From Azolla caroliniana (Eukaryota; Plantae; Polypodiophyta): 64,000 bases of DNA. Position numbers and translations under genes: made by a program. This document shows, one piece after another, positions 33,269-45,655 of this stretch. Under the pieces are notes generated by a model. That model saw only the letters and a list, made by a program, of their open reading frames with translations. It did no database searches and was not told the DNA's origin. Where the stretch lies: assembly GCA_043228905.1 (NCBI GenBank), contig JBHGNT010000008.1:12028001-12092000 (forward strand), in the 5' to 3' direction. Numbering within the stretch: position 1 is the first letter of the stretch; the number at the start of each line of letters is the position of its first letter.

Positions 33269-33707
33269 TGTAAAGAATCGGGTATGATTCTTGTGTAGCG
33301 GAAGAGATGTGTGTTATGTGTATGGTTGAGAGGAATTAGAGGAGAGATGAGAGAACACAAGATAGATAGAAAAAGGAATACTTAAGAAGAAGGTGTATAT
33401 TCACAAGTAGAATAGGAAATATAAAATGTAGCATTACAAGAAGTCACAACCGACTTAGTATGAAGTGTGAGGAGGGTACTTTATATATAGTCACCCTCTC
33501 TCTTCAACTAACCACAACAACCACTCTCTCTCTTAGGGAATGTGAAGACTCATAGTCATGGGGAATATGTAACTCATTAGTTATGTGTCATAGAATATGA
33601 TTCTATGACACATAGTTAATGTGTAGAGAGTAGTTGTGTGACTCTTAACCTTTGATTCTCAAAAGGTGTGTTCACACGCTGTGCTATGTTGAGCTTGATT
33701 CTCAACA
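33269..33707 (-). repeat. 5' LTR of F1
   Basis: Adjacent to the PBS; matches the 3' LTR. Confidence 0.93.
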
Positions 33708-33712
33708 CTTCG

Positions 33713-35235
33713 GCTCCCGCGATTCTTTCTAGTAAATGCTCGATGTAGGGTACCTGGTAGTTGTCCTTGATGGTGGCTTCGTTGATTTAGCGGTAGTCGA
33801 CACATATGCGGATTTGGCCGTTTTTCTTCAGGACGATTACGATCGGGGAGACCCAAGTGGTTCGTTCAATTGGGTAGATGATGCCTACGTCTAACATTTT
33901 GTTGATTTCGGCTTTTACTTGTTGGGCGTAGTTAGGGTTCATTAGGCGTGGCCTTTGTCGGATTGGGCGGGCGTCGACTCGCATGGGGATACTATGGGTG
34001 ACGATCTCAATTGGAACCCCTTTCATATCTACGTATGACCATGCGAACACATCGCTAAATTCCGTGATGAGGGTGATCAAGTACGTCTCCTCGTCCGTCT
34101 GGAGATTGGTGTCTATGAACACTGGTTTGGAGTTCATCCCCGTCCCGAGGTTGATTTCTTTAACCCTCGCCAGTTCGTCGCATACCTCACCTAGGCTTTG
34201 AGAGGTGCATTGTGGTCTCTTACAAGCCACTACCCGATTCCCTTGTTGAGAAAGTTTGAATTGCTCTGTGAAGTCCTTCCGAGTGGTCACAGCCTCATCT
34301 TCACATGTGACTCTTGCCAGGTCTTCATCTTTTACGTCTACTTGTTTCCGCTGGCGTACGAGGGTGGTGACGTTAAAGCAAGAGATCGTGTCTCCATCCT
34401 CATCACAACACTTTGTACCAATGGGATACATTGCGTCGGTGGTGGCTAGAGCGTGTACCCAATTCATCTCTGATGTATCGGGAGCTACGGATTGGTCTTC
34501 TCTTTCTCTTGCATTCTCCGCTTTAGGACTGGCGGATTTTTGGGGGAACGGTTGGCCTTTGGCCAAGATCTGAACTGTTTTTGTGGGGTTGCACGCTAGG
34601 AGTTTGGTCTCGAACTCAGTGGTTTCTAACCAGTCATCCACAAGAGGGTTGCCCTCTTGTTCATGCACTTTTTGTGTGTATGCTTTGATGCGGAAGGTTT
34701 TGTTGTTTTTACACATATAGATTGTATCATTCCCAAAATCCATTAACAGGCGGCTTAGACGTAGGAATGGTCTTCCTAGTAAGAACTCATAGGCCACATG
34801 GTTGGATGATCTTGTGACGACGAAGGTGAGACTGAACTCGACTCTGTGGATAGTGAAGTGAAGTGCAGGGATCATGCCTTCCGGCCGTTGGATGAACCCA
34901 TTTGCCATTTGTAGTTTGACATCTGAAGGAAGCATTTTTGGGTTACCCCACTTACACCAACATTTGTAGCTGACGATACTTACCCTTGCTCTGGTGTCAA
35001 TGATTGCATCACAAGTCGTATCGTTGACGTAGACGGATAGAGTAAAACTAGTGTCTTCGCTCTCAAAGTGAGCTTCCTGTATATCGACTGGTGATCCTTT
35101 GGGTTGCTTGGGGACTGTGGATGTATGAGGAATGTGGGTGTGTATCTTTTCGCCATAACCTGCTGATAAGCTTCCATCAAGGAGGTGAAGGACATTGTGC
35201 CACGGTTGGATGTCGAGTTTGAGTAGTTCTTCCAA
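33713..35235 (-). pseudogene. pol: Family C pol 5' part (protease and RT N-terminus)
   Basis: AIIDTRARVS (decayed DTG), FLLGRPFL, FAWSY, IRICVDYR. Confidence 0.88.
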
Positions 35236-35244
35236 CGCAATCCC

Positions 35245-35862
35245 TCAGTACTTTATTCGTTGTGTTCACCATGTGCGCCAATGAATTCGTTCCTCCTTGC
35301 GGTAGGGTACACATTTGAACTAAGCCGAGAGGGATTCGCATCGTTGTGATCTCCCTGCTTTCGATGACTGGAATTGGCTGTACCCTAAGTATAAGTCGTC
35401 GATTGAGTAGGTCAACCTTCTAGCGAAGACCTCAACAAACTTGTCGATGGTCGGCCCAACTCCATTTCGAATTGTCACTTTATTAATGGGTTGCAGGTCT
35501 TGTATGAAGCGTAGTGTGCCGTTCTTCTTTGGCATTGTAAACCACCTATTCGAATATGGGGTGCTCGACGATTCGGGGATCCCCATTTCAATCTTCTCCT
35601 TGAGCAACTCCATCAGCTTTGGGTTGTGACCTCTCAGTACCGGAATCGGTTTCAGGTTCCACGGTACATGCGGTACCGTGAATATCACCATCAGCTCAAC
35701 AATGGCCAGATCGGCACACTTGATCTCCTCTGGTGAGAACGCGAAAGCCCTGCCATGACTCTCGATCATCCTCTGGAACTAGTCCTCCTTGGCGGGCAGA
35801 AGGAAGCCACCCCCATCGATCTTGAGCTTCCGTAGCGTCTCGTTGGTGAACCAGTGTCCTAC
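35245..35862 (-). pseudogene. Family B RT fragment (copy 2)
   Basis: VIFTVPHVPWNLKPIP and FIQDLQPINKVT, shared with B1. Confidence 0.85.
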
Positions 35863-35864
35863 AC

Positions 35865-38800
35865 TACAGGGGTTGAAATTGGCGATGGCTCCGTTAAGTC
35901 CTGCACCGGCTCCGGAATTCTTTTCAAATCCGGAGGAAGGACCGACAGTGGTGGACACCAACACTCCTGCAATCATTACGATTATTGAAGGATAGGAGCT
36001 AATGGGTACGATAGTCGATGGCGAATCAGGAGTAAACATGATAAGCCTCCGGACATGCTTCACTTTGGGAATTCAGGAGTGGGAACCATGCCCATTCTAG
36101 CTCCGGATGGTAGACACCAGCTCAGTCTGATCGTCCAGCTTGATCCGGGACTTGGAGGTGACGATCAGAGGTCATGCTTTCCATATTTCTGACAACCATG
36201 GCTGACGACCGCCCATATCAAACAAAACTGGCAGAAAAACAATATTACGTTCCGAAGAGGAAAAATGAAAGTAAGAGTACCCACGCAACCGCAAGCAGGC
36301 CCCAGCAAAGACGTAACCCCACTATATGCCGAAAGCATGAACATGCTAGTAGGAATGGCGACGAGGAGGTGGATCGCTACCTTGAAGAGAACCTAAGGAT
36401 AGTCCCTCTATTCAAAGTGGATGTGGCAGAAGCGGTATCTCCATACATTGTGCAAACGGAAGAGGCCGGGGAGGAACCAGATAAGGATGCACTCCGGGAA
36501 CTGCGAGTGAAGGCATCCCAACGAGTAAAGGCATCCCAACTAGAAGAAGTAAATTTGGGCACCGGAGAGGAAGCGCGTTTGGTACACATGGCCAAGGAGA
36601 TGTCACCGGAAGACAAATCAGCAACGATAACATTATTAAAAGAATTCTGGGATGTATTCGCCTGGTCCTACGAAGATATGTAGGGACTTGACCCCCAACT
36701 CTACCAACACTAGATTCACCTCAGCAAGGACGCTAAGCCGGTGGCACAACGACGCTATCAGATGAACCCAAACTACGCGGCAAGAGTAAAGGAGGAAATT
36801 GACAAGCTACTCCAGGTGGCTTTACCCGGCCGGTGAAGAAAGCCACTTGGCTAAGTCCAATTGTCGTACTGCCGAAGAAGAACGGCAAGATGCATGTCTG
36901 CGTGGATTGCCGAAAATTGAATGCAGCAACGGTTACCGACGCATTTCTGCTTCCGTTTACGGATGGAGTTTTAGATGCGGTAGCCAGGCACGAGGTTTAT
37001 TGCTTCCTCGATGGTTTCAACAGATATAACCAAATAAGGATGCACCCGGACGATCAAGAAAAGACGACGTTCATGATAGAATGGGGAGTCTTTGTAGCAG
37101 TTGTAATGATGTTCGGACTCAAGACGGTGCCGACAACCTTTTAGAGGATTATTATGGAAGTATTTGGAGAATTCATACCGGCGTTTATGCAAGTATTCCT
37201 GGATGATTTCACGGTATATAGCCGAAAAGGGGAACATCTCGACCATCTTAGGTTATGCTTGGAAAAGTGCAAAGGATACCGGTTAAGCTTAAACCCGGCA
37301 AAATGCGTCTTCGGTGTGACCAACGGCACATTGTTGGGTCATATTGTTAGCAAGGAAGGGATTGTCGTGGACCTAGATAAGGTCAAGGCTATTTTGCAGG
37401 TACCGGCACCGACGACCGCCAAGGCATTAAGCCGGTTCTTAGGACAGATCTGGTGGCATAGCTGGATGCTCCGATACTTGGCAGACCTCACCATGCCACT
37501 ACACGCAGTTGTACACCGGACACCGTTTAAATGGAAGGATGAAGAGGACGAGGCTTACCGCGCACTCAAGGTAATACTGTCGCAAGCACTAGTGGTACAA
37601 CCTCCAGACTGGTCAAAAGAGTTCCATGTCTTCGTGGATGCGTCGGATACCGCAATCGGTAGCGTACTCATGCAACTTACCGAACCTAAGTGGTACCGGC
37701 CGGTGTACTACGCTAGCCGGAAGCTGTCAAAGGCAGAGTGAAATTATTCCACTAAGGAAAGAGAAGCCCTAAGAATGATATACAATGTCACCAAATACCA
37801 TCATTATTTGTTGGGCCGCAAGTTTTCATTCCATGTAGACCATTCAATGCTTTTATACTTGGTCTCAAAGGCATCACTCACCGGCAAGCTGGTCCAATGG
37901 ACATTATTATTACAAGAATTTGAATTTGAGATCTATCACCAACCGGGTATACAATATTTGGTTGCCGATTACTTGACCTGGTTAGAATCCGGAGAGACTA
38001 GTGACAGTGTTCAAGATGAATTTCTGGATGCCGCATTGTTTAAAATTACAGCGGAAACCACGGTAGATGGGATAGTCGTGGGCGAGGACAAATGGCTCAC
38101 GAATATGCACCAGTTCTTAAGCACCGGAGTACCCCCAGACGGGATGAACCGGGATGAACGTAAACGGTTGGCAGTGCAAAGCTGACACTTTTGTCTAGCG
38201 TAGGATACACTGTATCATAAAGGAGCGGACAACATATGGCGGCGAGCGGTCCAGAGTGATGAAAAAGGCATCATCTTACGGGAAGCGCTTGTGGGGTCGC
38301 CGGAGGACATTATGCCGGAGAAGCTATGACAAAGAAAATATGGTGCAACAACTTATGGGGGCCAATGACACTAAAGGACTCAATCCGATATACGAAGGAA
38401 TGTGATTTGTGTCAAAGAATGGGCCAGCCAATAGAACAAGCGCGTGTGCCGCACCAGCCAGTACTACCTCTAGAGCCATTCCAAAAATGGGGGTGGGACT
38501 TTGTTGGACCATTCAAGCCACCAGCAATGCGAGCCGGCAACAGGTACATAATTGTCGCCACAGATTACTATATAAAATGGGTGGAAGCCAAGGCACTACG
38601 TGACAATACTGCAACGCTGATGGCAAAGTTCCTGTACGAGTACATCTGGTGCCGGTATGGATGTCCAATCGAATTAATCAGCGACCAAGGTGGACACTTC
38701 CTCGGCCAAGTGGTGGAAAGCCTAACAACATTTTATGCGGTTGTACACAAGCGAAGCACCCCTTATTACCCACAGGCCAATGGATTGGCTGAATCCACCA

Positions 38801-39460
38801 AAAAAACTCTGCAGAACATTCTTCGGAAGATTGCCAATGAGAACCGAACCGATTGGGATACAAAGCTGCACAATGTGTTATGGGCTTATCCGATGACATA
38901 CAAAACAAGTATCCGGACAACACCATTCCGGTTAGCATTTGGTCTCGAAGTAGTGATGCCAATTGAATTCTAGATTCCAAGCTTACGAATACAGGTCCGA
39001 GAGCGGCTGAGCGAGAAGGAGTCGGAAAAAATCCGGTTAGCAACACTATGCGAGTTGGAGGAGCATCGAATAGTGAGCCTAATGCAGATGGAGCTCGAGC
39101 AACGACAAAGGAAAGCATTCGTCGACCACCACCGGAAGGGTAACGAGAAGATGTTTGGAATCAGTAAGCCGGTACTAGTGTTCCAGACCCGGATGGGCAA
39201 AATGTCGGGGAAGCTACGGTTCTGGTGAACTGGACCATATTGGATAACGCGAGAGTTCAACGGCTCATATCAGCTGGGAACGCTAGCAGGCGAGGTGCTA
39301 GACAAGTGGGTAAATGGGTTCCGACTTAAACCATATTATGGACCCATGTCACAGAACCCTTTCATCAACTGGAGAACAATGCGGAAATAGGCAGCGACAA
39401 GCAGTTGGCCAGCAACCATGAAGAAAAACAGACAAGGGAGTTGAGGTTACCGGGTAACCA
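35865..39460 (+). pseudogene. pol: pol of A3
   Basis: Colinear with A1 pol, many stops and frameshifts. Confidence 0.9.
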
Positions 39461-39790
39461 GAACTAGAAAAAATAGAAAAACAAAAAAAAGATCATCATG
39501 CAGAGGTGAGGAACGAACGGACACCTCGAAAAGCTGTGTAGTGGCTATTTAAAGCCTAGTTAAAGCACACCACGTGTCACACAATTGCTATTATAGTACA
39601 CGACGTGCATGCACGGGAATCAAGAAAGGCTCCAAGCATGGGAACACGAAACCTTTGCCTCGTAGAGTCTCTTTCATTTCGCGAACACAGAGCACTGGGC
39701 GCACAAAGGACAATACAAGTGAGCAGATGGACGCAAGAAGCACATAGAAGCACATCGGCCCTACCCACCCCCACAGAACCAGATGACGAG

Positions 39791-41822
39791 ATGGAACTTA
39801 TGGCACTTTCCGAAACAACCAAGAAATAGTTCAACCAATATGGGTTGGGAGGCTTCCTGAGGATAGCAAAGGCACCGCCGCACGACGAAGCAAAAGAAGT
39901 CATGCAAAAAATGACACGGAAGTCATAACGGAGGAAGCCATCCGCGCTCTAATCGGACTGCCGGAAGGGGGCCTCTACTCCATCAAGAACCCTTCTCCTG
40001 AAATGCTAACCAAGTTTTTTGGTGAGTATTCCCTCGCTAGTAAGGCTCACCGGACACAAGGCGGTGAAGACCCCCTCTTCAGAGAAGTGGCTCGTGTTCT
40101 CCAGGAGTATGGGTTCATGTACCTCGACACCTGGCAATGCAAAAGAACAAAGCCAGTTTCATCATTGCTACATACACAGAGGTGCAAGTGGATTGGTCGG
40201 TAATCATTGCCGAATGCTTGCGGACGGTGATATAATCAGTGCAGAATGGCAAGAAATTATGGACGGCCGTGGCTCAATGGCTGACTCTTTTGGTTCCATT
40301 GGTAGAGCTGGTAAGGACTAAGAAGCGAGTTCGAGTAACGGAGACCACGCCCAACAAACCTTCAAAACGGCAGCAACTCCTGGCCAACCACACGCCTGGA
40401 TGGAAAGAGGGGAGTACCTCGTAGCAAGGGAAAGAACCGCCTAGCCGAGAGAGGCAAGCAGAGACAGAGACACCGGTGGAGCCACCAGTAAGGCCTCTTA
40501 AAATCAAGTTGTGCCGACAAGAACAAGAGCCGGACCCCTTGGCAATGAAGATTAATATCAGAACCCAAGAGGAGGAGGCGGAGGAAGACCCCACCGATAA
40601 CCTCCTACGTCACCAGAAGCATAGCGACACAGAGCAGAAGGGGGACGAATCGGGTTCGGTGAAGGACATCACACCGACACCCCGTTCCGAGGGACCAGTG
40701 CCAAGGAAGGAGGCGGAACCGGCTCAACCAAAACCGAGGAAAGAGTTACCTGTGCGGCAAGAAGCAACGGTGTTGGTGGTCCAAGAACTGGTAATCGAAT
40801 TGCCTACCTCACCGGGGCAACAGGCACAACAAGAGCAAGAGTTGTCGTTGTAGTCAATAAAAAGGGCTTCCTATGAGAACAGAGGCCACGCCACGGGATG
40901 AAGTCAACAGGACGACAACAACATTGGTGGAAGAAAGGACCAAGGGAGTTGAAGCAGCAAAGATGCTAGCAGAAGCAGTGAAGGACAAAATGGAGCTTAC
41001 CCGACAGCATCATGAGGAGATGGAACAAGCAAAGATGGCTCTCAACAGAGTTCAAACGACTTATCATACGCAATTGATGCAGTATTAGGGACAAGCTGAG
41101 GCAACTTCGATCCTCATAAAGCAATTAAAGGATGAAAAGTAGGACGTAGAGGAGAAGTCAAAGATAGGACTTGACCATATTCGAGATATTGTATTGACAT
41201 GGAGGGACCGGACGAAGAAGTTAGTTTAAGAAAGTTTAGTATAGTGGTGGTCCAAATGGGCAAAGTAGGTAGCCGAGTTGCAGGTCTTGCGAGCGGATGC
41301 AGAGAACTGACAAAAGGACGGTGATAACTTCTACAAACTAGACGCGGAAAGCGTTGTGACCATACGGGAGGAGTTATCGAATGACTTCTTGTCCTTGGCT
41401 GGAGAGCAACTGGTGGCGGTGGGCCAGCTGGATACCCAACTCCAGTTAGAGCGATACGAATGGGAGCGGAGGCAGCAAATGGAGACTAGAAGAATGGCGG
41501 CAATTAACATTAGTGACGAAGAGAAATCTCTGGAGCAGACGCCGAATGCAGCCGGAACCGGAGGAAGCCAGCCAAAAGTAGCTCAAGAGGAGCAGCCGAA
41601 TGTAGCCGACCCAAAAGAGCCAGTGCAAGCCGAACGTCAGGAGCAGGAGGAGCCCAGAATAGATGAGTGGGAGACGGAAGCCCGGAAGGGACTGAAGCCG
41701 GAAAGGAGGAGGAGGCCGGAGAGCAACAACAATAGCAGCCACCACAACAAATGAAGCAACTACCCGAAGAACCTGTAGAACCCTTGGACCAAAGCATTCT
41801 GGACATTTTGACAGACGATTGA
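39791..41822 (+). pseudogene. ORF3 of A3
   Basis: TQGGEDPLFREVARVL, KLWTAVAQWLTLLVP and QSILDIL match A1 and A2 ORF3. Confidence 0.85.
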
Positions 41823-41834
41823 TAAAGGGCTAAC

Positions 41835-41875
41835 TGTGGGTTCGATGTACAATGTACTGTCCCATGGGCATGCCA
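41835..41875 (+). other. tRNA-Arg-like motif of A3 (CpG-decayed)
   Basis: TGTGGGTTCGA-TGTACAATGTACT-GTCCCATGGGCATGCCA-TG-TGTT. Confidence 0.85.
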
Positions 41876-41877
41876 TG

Positions 41878-43023
41878 TGTTGGCCGGCAAGAACAAAGGG
41901 CCGGTTAGAATCCAGAATGTGAACGGGGTGTTTAATTAGGAATAGGGAGTTGAAATTAATAAGGATTTAATTATGTTATTTTGAGAAGCAGAGTATTATG
42001 TGATTTTGAGACGCGGACGGACGGACCCCGAATCGATATGCCGATTCGGATCCGGACTGGATCGTTGCCGGTTGGCATCGGTTTGTAACTCAGTCGGAGA
42101 CTTATAAAAGGACCCAACAAGAATGTAATCAAGGATGGATAATTAATAGAAGTGTTGCTATTTTACATAGTGTTTAGTATCTATTTGGTTATCGTCCTGT
42201 GCTTAATATAATTAATCTTACGCTTGTATTACGATCATTAACAGTGTCGGTTAGTAACCGGTTAAGACCTATTCGTTACCACGGTTTATCCATATCTCCC
42301 CGTTGTTGCATTGCTACGCGCGTGCGTGGAGAAACGATGCGGGACCACCGGGGTCTTGAACCGAAGAGCAGGTGATAGGAGGGGAAAGAGAAAGAGAGAG
42401 ACGACCGGTTCCGTATGAGCAAAGAAACACAGGGGCACGACCCGTCAACGCAGAAAACACGAATGGACACAGAGACAGAGAGACACGAATGTTTGTATAT
42501 TAACAGATGACACCAAAAACAACAGAGCACGCGAGCGGTTACAACCAAACAGGCCGACGAATAGATGCCGATGCCTGTTCGTCTGCGCACGGAAGGGGGT
42601 AAGATGGAGGTGCTTCCGGAAGCACACGGGCGTTCCTCGAAGCAGCGCGAGCCTCCCGAAAACTTGCAGAGAAGAGCAATAGAGAACAACAGAGGAGAAG
42701 CGTTCGGTTACGGTTCGACAACACTTCATCCTCCTCAATGCGCGATCCCCTCTCCCTGCGTCTCCCTCTCCTTTATAGCGTCAAGAAGGGAGCCATCTCC
42801 CTCATTTACTTCCTACCTACCGAATCTAACTACCCAGGATATACCTATGTACCTAATTCCCTATTATATACATTAAGGGCGCGCACGCGTGAAGAGCCGG
42901 TTCACGCGCGCTATGCACCGATTGCGCTAAGGGACGGTTTTCTTCACGACACCGTGCCACCCTTTGGTGAAGTGTTCCATAGGGACACCCTGTGTTAGGG
43001 CTTGTCCAGCCTAAGGGATAACA
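41878..43023 (+). repeat. 3' LTR of A3 (interrupted at 42304-42951)
   Basis: TGTT start. The U5 CACCCTTTGGTGAAGTG...ATAACA resumes after the insertion. Confidence 0.85.
42304..42951 (-). mobile_element. Solo LTR of a family B relative
   Basis: Minus strand starts TGTCGTGAAG like the B1 LTR. U5 motif GTTCAAGACCCCGGTGGTCC. TSD CCGT (42300-03 and 42952-55). Confidence 0.85.
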
Positions 43024-44529
43024 ATTCGAAGGGTCGAGATGCTGCGGAATCATAGGATGTTCGGTAGATACAATATGAGAAGGGAGAAGAAGCTAGTGGA
43101 CCGAAGGTGCCAAATTGCTATACTTGCGGGCAAGATTATCACTATGCAAATCATTGCCCAACGAAGGACAAAGGAAAAACACCGGCAATTAATATGGTTA
43201 TTGTTGAAGTTCAACAAGTCACCACTCGTAGTAAAGTGAAACAATCAGAATTGGATATATAGGAAGAAGGTCGAAAAACAACAAAAGAATGGGTGGAGGA
43301 AGCAAACAACAACAATGTTGTCAGAATGCTGCAAGAAAGTATAGGACCGATTTTCGCATTCGATAATAGACAAGCCGACATACCCACTGAAACAGATGCC
43401 GCGAATGATGAAGTTTGGCAAGCCTTGGCGGATTCAAGAATTTCATTGTCATTTTCTACATTACTAAAATTAGTGCCCCGTTTTATTGACAAAGTGGTAG
43501 TCAATTTTACGAATCCGGCTCAGGTATCAACAATAATGGACGAGCACAATCCAAGTATTAAAGTGATCGTCCAAGGACAAGACCTCCTGGGAAGTATAGT
43601 TGATGGGGGTTCAGGCATAAATGTCATTAACAAGCTGACCTATGATCGACTAGGTATACAATGGGAAACCTATCCATTCTGGTTAAGAATGGTCGATACA
43701 AGCATTGTACGACCGATAGGCTTAATTCGGCAACTGGATGTGATAATTGGTGGGCATACATTCCAAATATCATCAGTAGTTTTAAAGCTGCAGGCACAAG
43801 GGGCTTATCCTCTACTATTGGGTCGGTCATGACTACGCACAACCAATATCAAGCAAAATTGGCAGAAAAATCATCTGACATTCCGGAAGGGCAGAACTAA
43901 AGCCTGAGTTCTCAACTCAAGAAAAAGTAGCAACAACACAGGACTGCATGCCTTTATAAGTGGAATTTGTCAATATGATGGAATGCTTAGATGACGGGGA
44001 AGTTAATCAATATTTTGAAGAAGACCCAAAAATCATTCCACTGTTCGAGATCGACGTCGTCGATATAATCACTCCCTACATATCTAATGGAGAAAAGGAT
44101 GATAGTTCGGATATGGAGGAACCATTGGACAACAAAACTCTCAGAGATTTATGTCTACAACAAGAGGCCATGGAGAGAAATGTAGGTCTCACAACGAGTA
44201 TAGGCTTCTGCATTAGAAGAACTAAATCTGGCTGACAATGATACAGAGCAATGTATGGTGCTAATAGCAAAGGAGATATACTCGGTTGAGAAGAGAAAGC
44301 TCACCGAACTACTACGTCAATACAAAGATGTGTTTCTGTGGTCCTTCGAGGATATGAAAGGATTAGATCCAACTTTCTATCAGTGTCTAATTAATCTACA
44401 CAGCTTCTAAACCGGTACAACAAAGGCGGTATCATCTAATTTAATCTGAATTATGTAGTCAAGGTCAAAGAAGGAATCGACAAACTACTGCGAGTCGGCT
44501 TTATCCGACTGGTCAAGAAAGCTACCTGG
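43024..44529 (+). pseudogene. Family A-like copy 4, gag knuckle-PR-RT start (old)
   Basis: CYTCGQDYHYANHC, IVDGGSG. Stops at KKATW and resumes at 55754. Confidence 0.85.
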
Positions 44530-44664
44530 TGTCAGGAACAATACTAAGATAGAGAAGTATTGTCAGGAATAGTACTAAGACAGAGAAGGAATTAGTACTA
44601 AAAAGATGAGGATTAGTACTAAGGGAGGTGTAGAACTCTCGAGAGAAGGAAAGAGTGAGTGAGT

Positions 44665-44704
<40 letters not shown>

Positions 44705-45008
44705 TGATAACGAAAGATATATATTATGTTAAGAGAATATACAATAGTAGCTAGGAGGCTTAAGACTGGCGTTGAACCGATTTGGTTCGAAATAATGCCT
44801 TGTGCCTCCTTTTATACTATTCTTAGGAGTACTGCGAGTCGGCTTTATCCGACTGGTCAAGAAAGCTACCTGGTGTCAGGAACAATACTAAGACAGAGAA
44901 GTATTGTCAGGAATAGTACTAAGACAGAGAAGGAATTAGTACTAAAAAGATGAGGATTAGTACTAAGGGAGGTGTAGAACTCTCGAGAGAAGGAAAGAGT
45001 GAGTGAGT

Positions 45009-45044
<36 letters not shown>

Positions 45045-45140
45045 TGATAACGAAAGATATATATTATGTTAAGAGAATATACAATAGTAGCTAGGAGGCT
45101 TAAGACTGGCGTTGAACCAATTTGGTTCGAAATAATGCCT
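44487..45140. repeat. ~344-bp tandem duplication spanning the A4/chromovirus junction
   Basis: ACTGCGAGTCGG... occurs at 44487 and again at 44831. Confidence 0.9.
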
Positions 45141-45596
45141 TGTTACCCGGACCCGGACAGTCAGTTTTACCGAACAAGTGGGAAAGCGTCGAAAACGGAG
45201 TCGGTTCGGATCGACTGTTCGGATCAATGACTCAGCAGTGAACGAAGAGAACTAAGTTAGTTAGATAATTTTGTAATTCTTGATAGTAAGTAGGAATAGT
45301 TCTTGATGAGAAAAGACCTTCGGTATACCTATAAAAGAGAACCGAAGGCATTGTAAGAAAGGTCGTTTATTTAGTAATATAAGTTTAAGTTAGGAATATC
45401 ATGTACGGATCTTGTGTTCTTTCTATTGTCTATGTTGTTAAGTACAATCTTCCTAATTTATAACTAAGTAACGATCACGGTAATTACCGATTAATATAGT
45501 ATATTTCCGTTCGTAAAACACAATTCCTTGTGAGAACGTTGAGTAGCGACGTTCACTCTTCTGTATCGGTAGTAGTTAGTAATTAGCCGATTAACA
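45141..45596 (+). repeat. 5' LTR of A5
   Basis: TGTTACC start, CTATAAAA near 45329, TAACA end before the PBS. Confidence 0.8.
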
Positions 45597-45607
45597 CAGA
45601 AGAAATT

Positions 45608-45620
45608 TGGCACGCCCGGT
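45608..45620 (+). promoter_or_regulatory. Primer-binding site, tRNA-Arg type
   Basis: TGGCACGCCCGGT, complementary to ...ACCGGGCGUGCCA. Confidence 0.8.
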
Positions 45621-45655
45621 TACATCTGCAATTAAGCAGAGAACAAATCGAATGG

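Larger units (their letters stand above)
25140..33707 (-). mobile_element. Ty1/copia element F1, full length but degenerate, carrying the nested A2 remnant
   Basis: TSD CTTCG (25135-39 and 33708-12). LTRs 25140-25578 and 33269-33707. Degenerate Met PBS TGGTATCAATG. PPT next to 25578. Confidence 0.95.
14990..35240 (-). mobile_element. Ty3/gypsy family C element, degenerate, LTRs not seen, interrupted by copia E1 and F1
   Basis: PR-RT at 33713-35235 rejoins RT-RH-INT at 25134-22798 across the F1 TSD. Linking the downstream spacer and accessory ORF to this element is inferred. Confidence 0.7.
35865..43023 (+). mobile_element. Family A copy 3, degenerate and 5'-truncated
   Basis: pol at about 35865-39460, ORF3 at 39791-41822, motif at 41835-41875, LTR at 41878-43023 split by a solo LTR. 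Confidence 0.92.
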
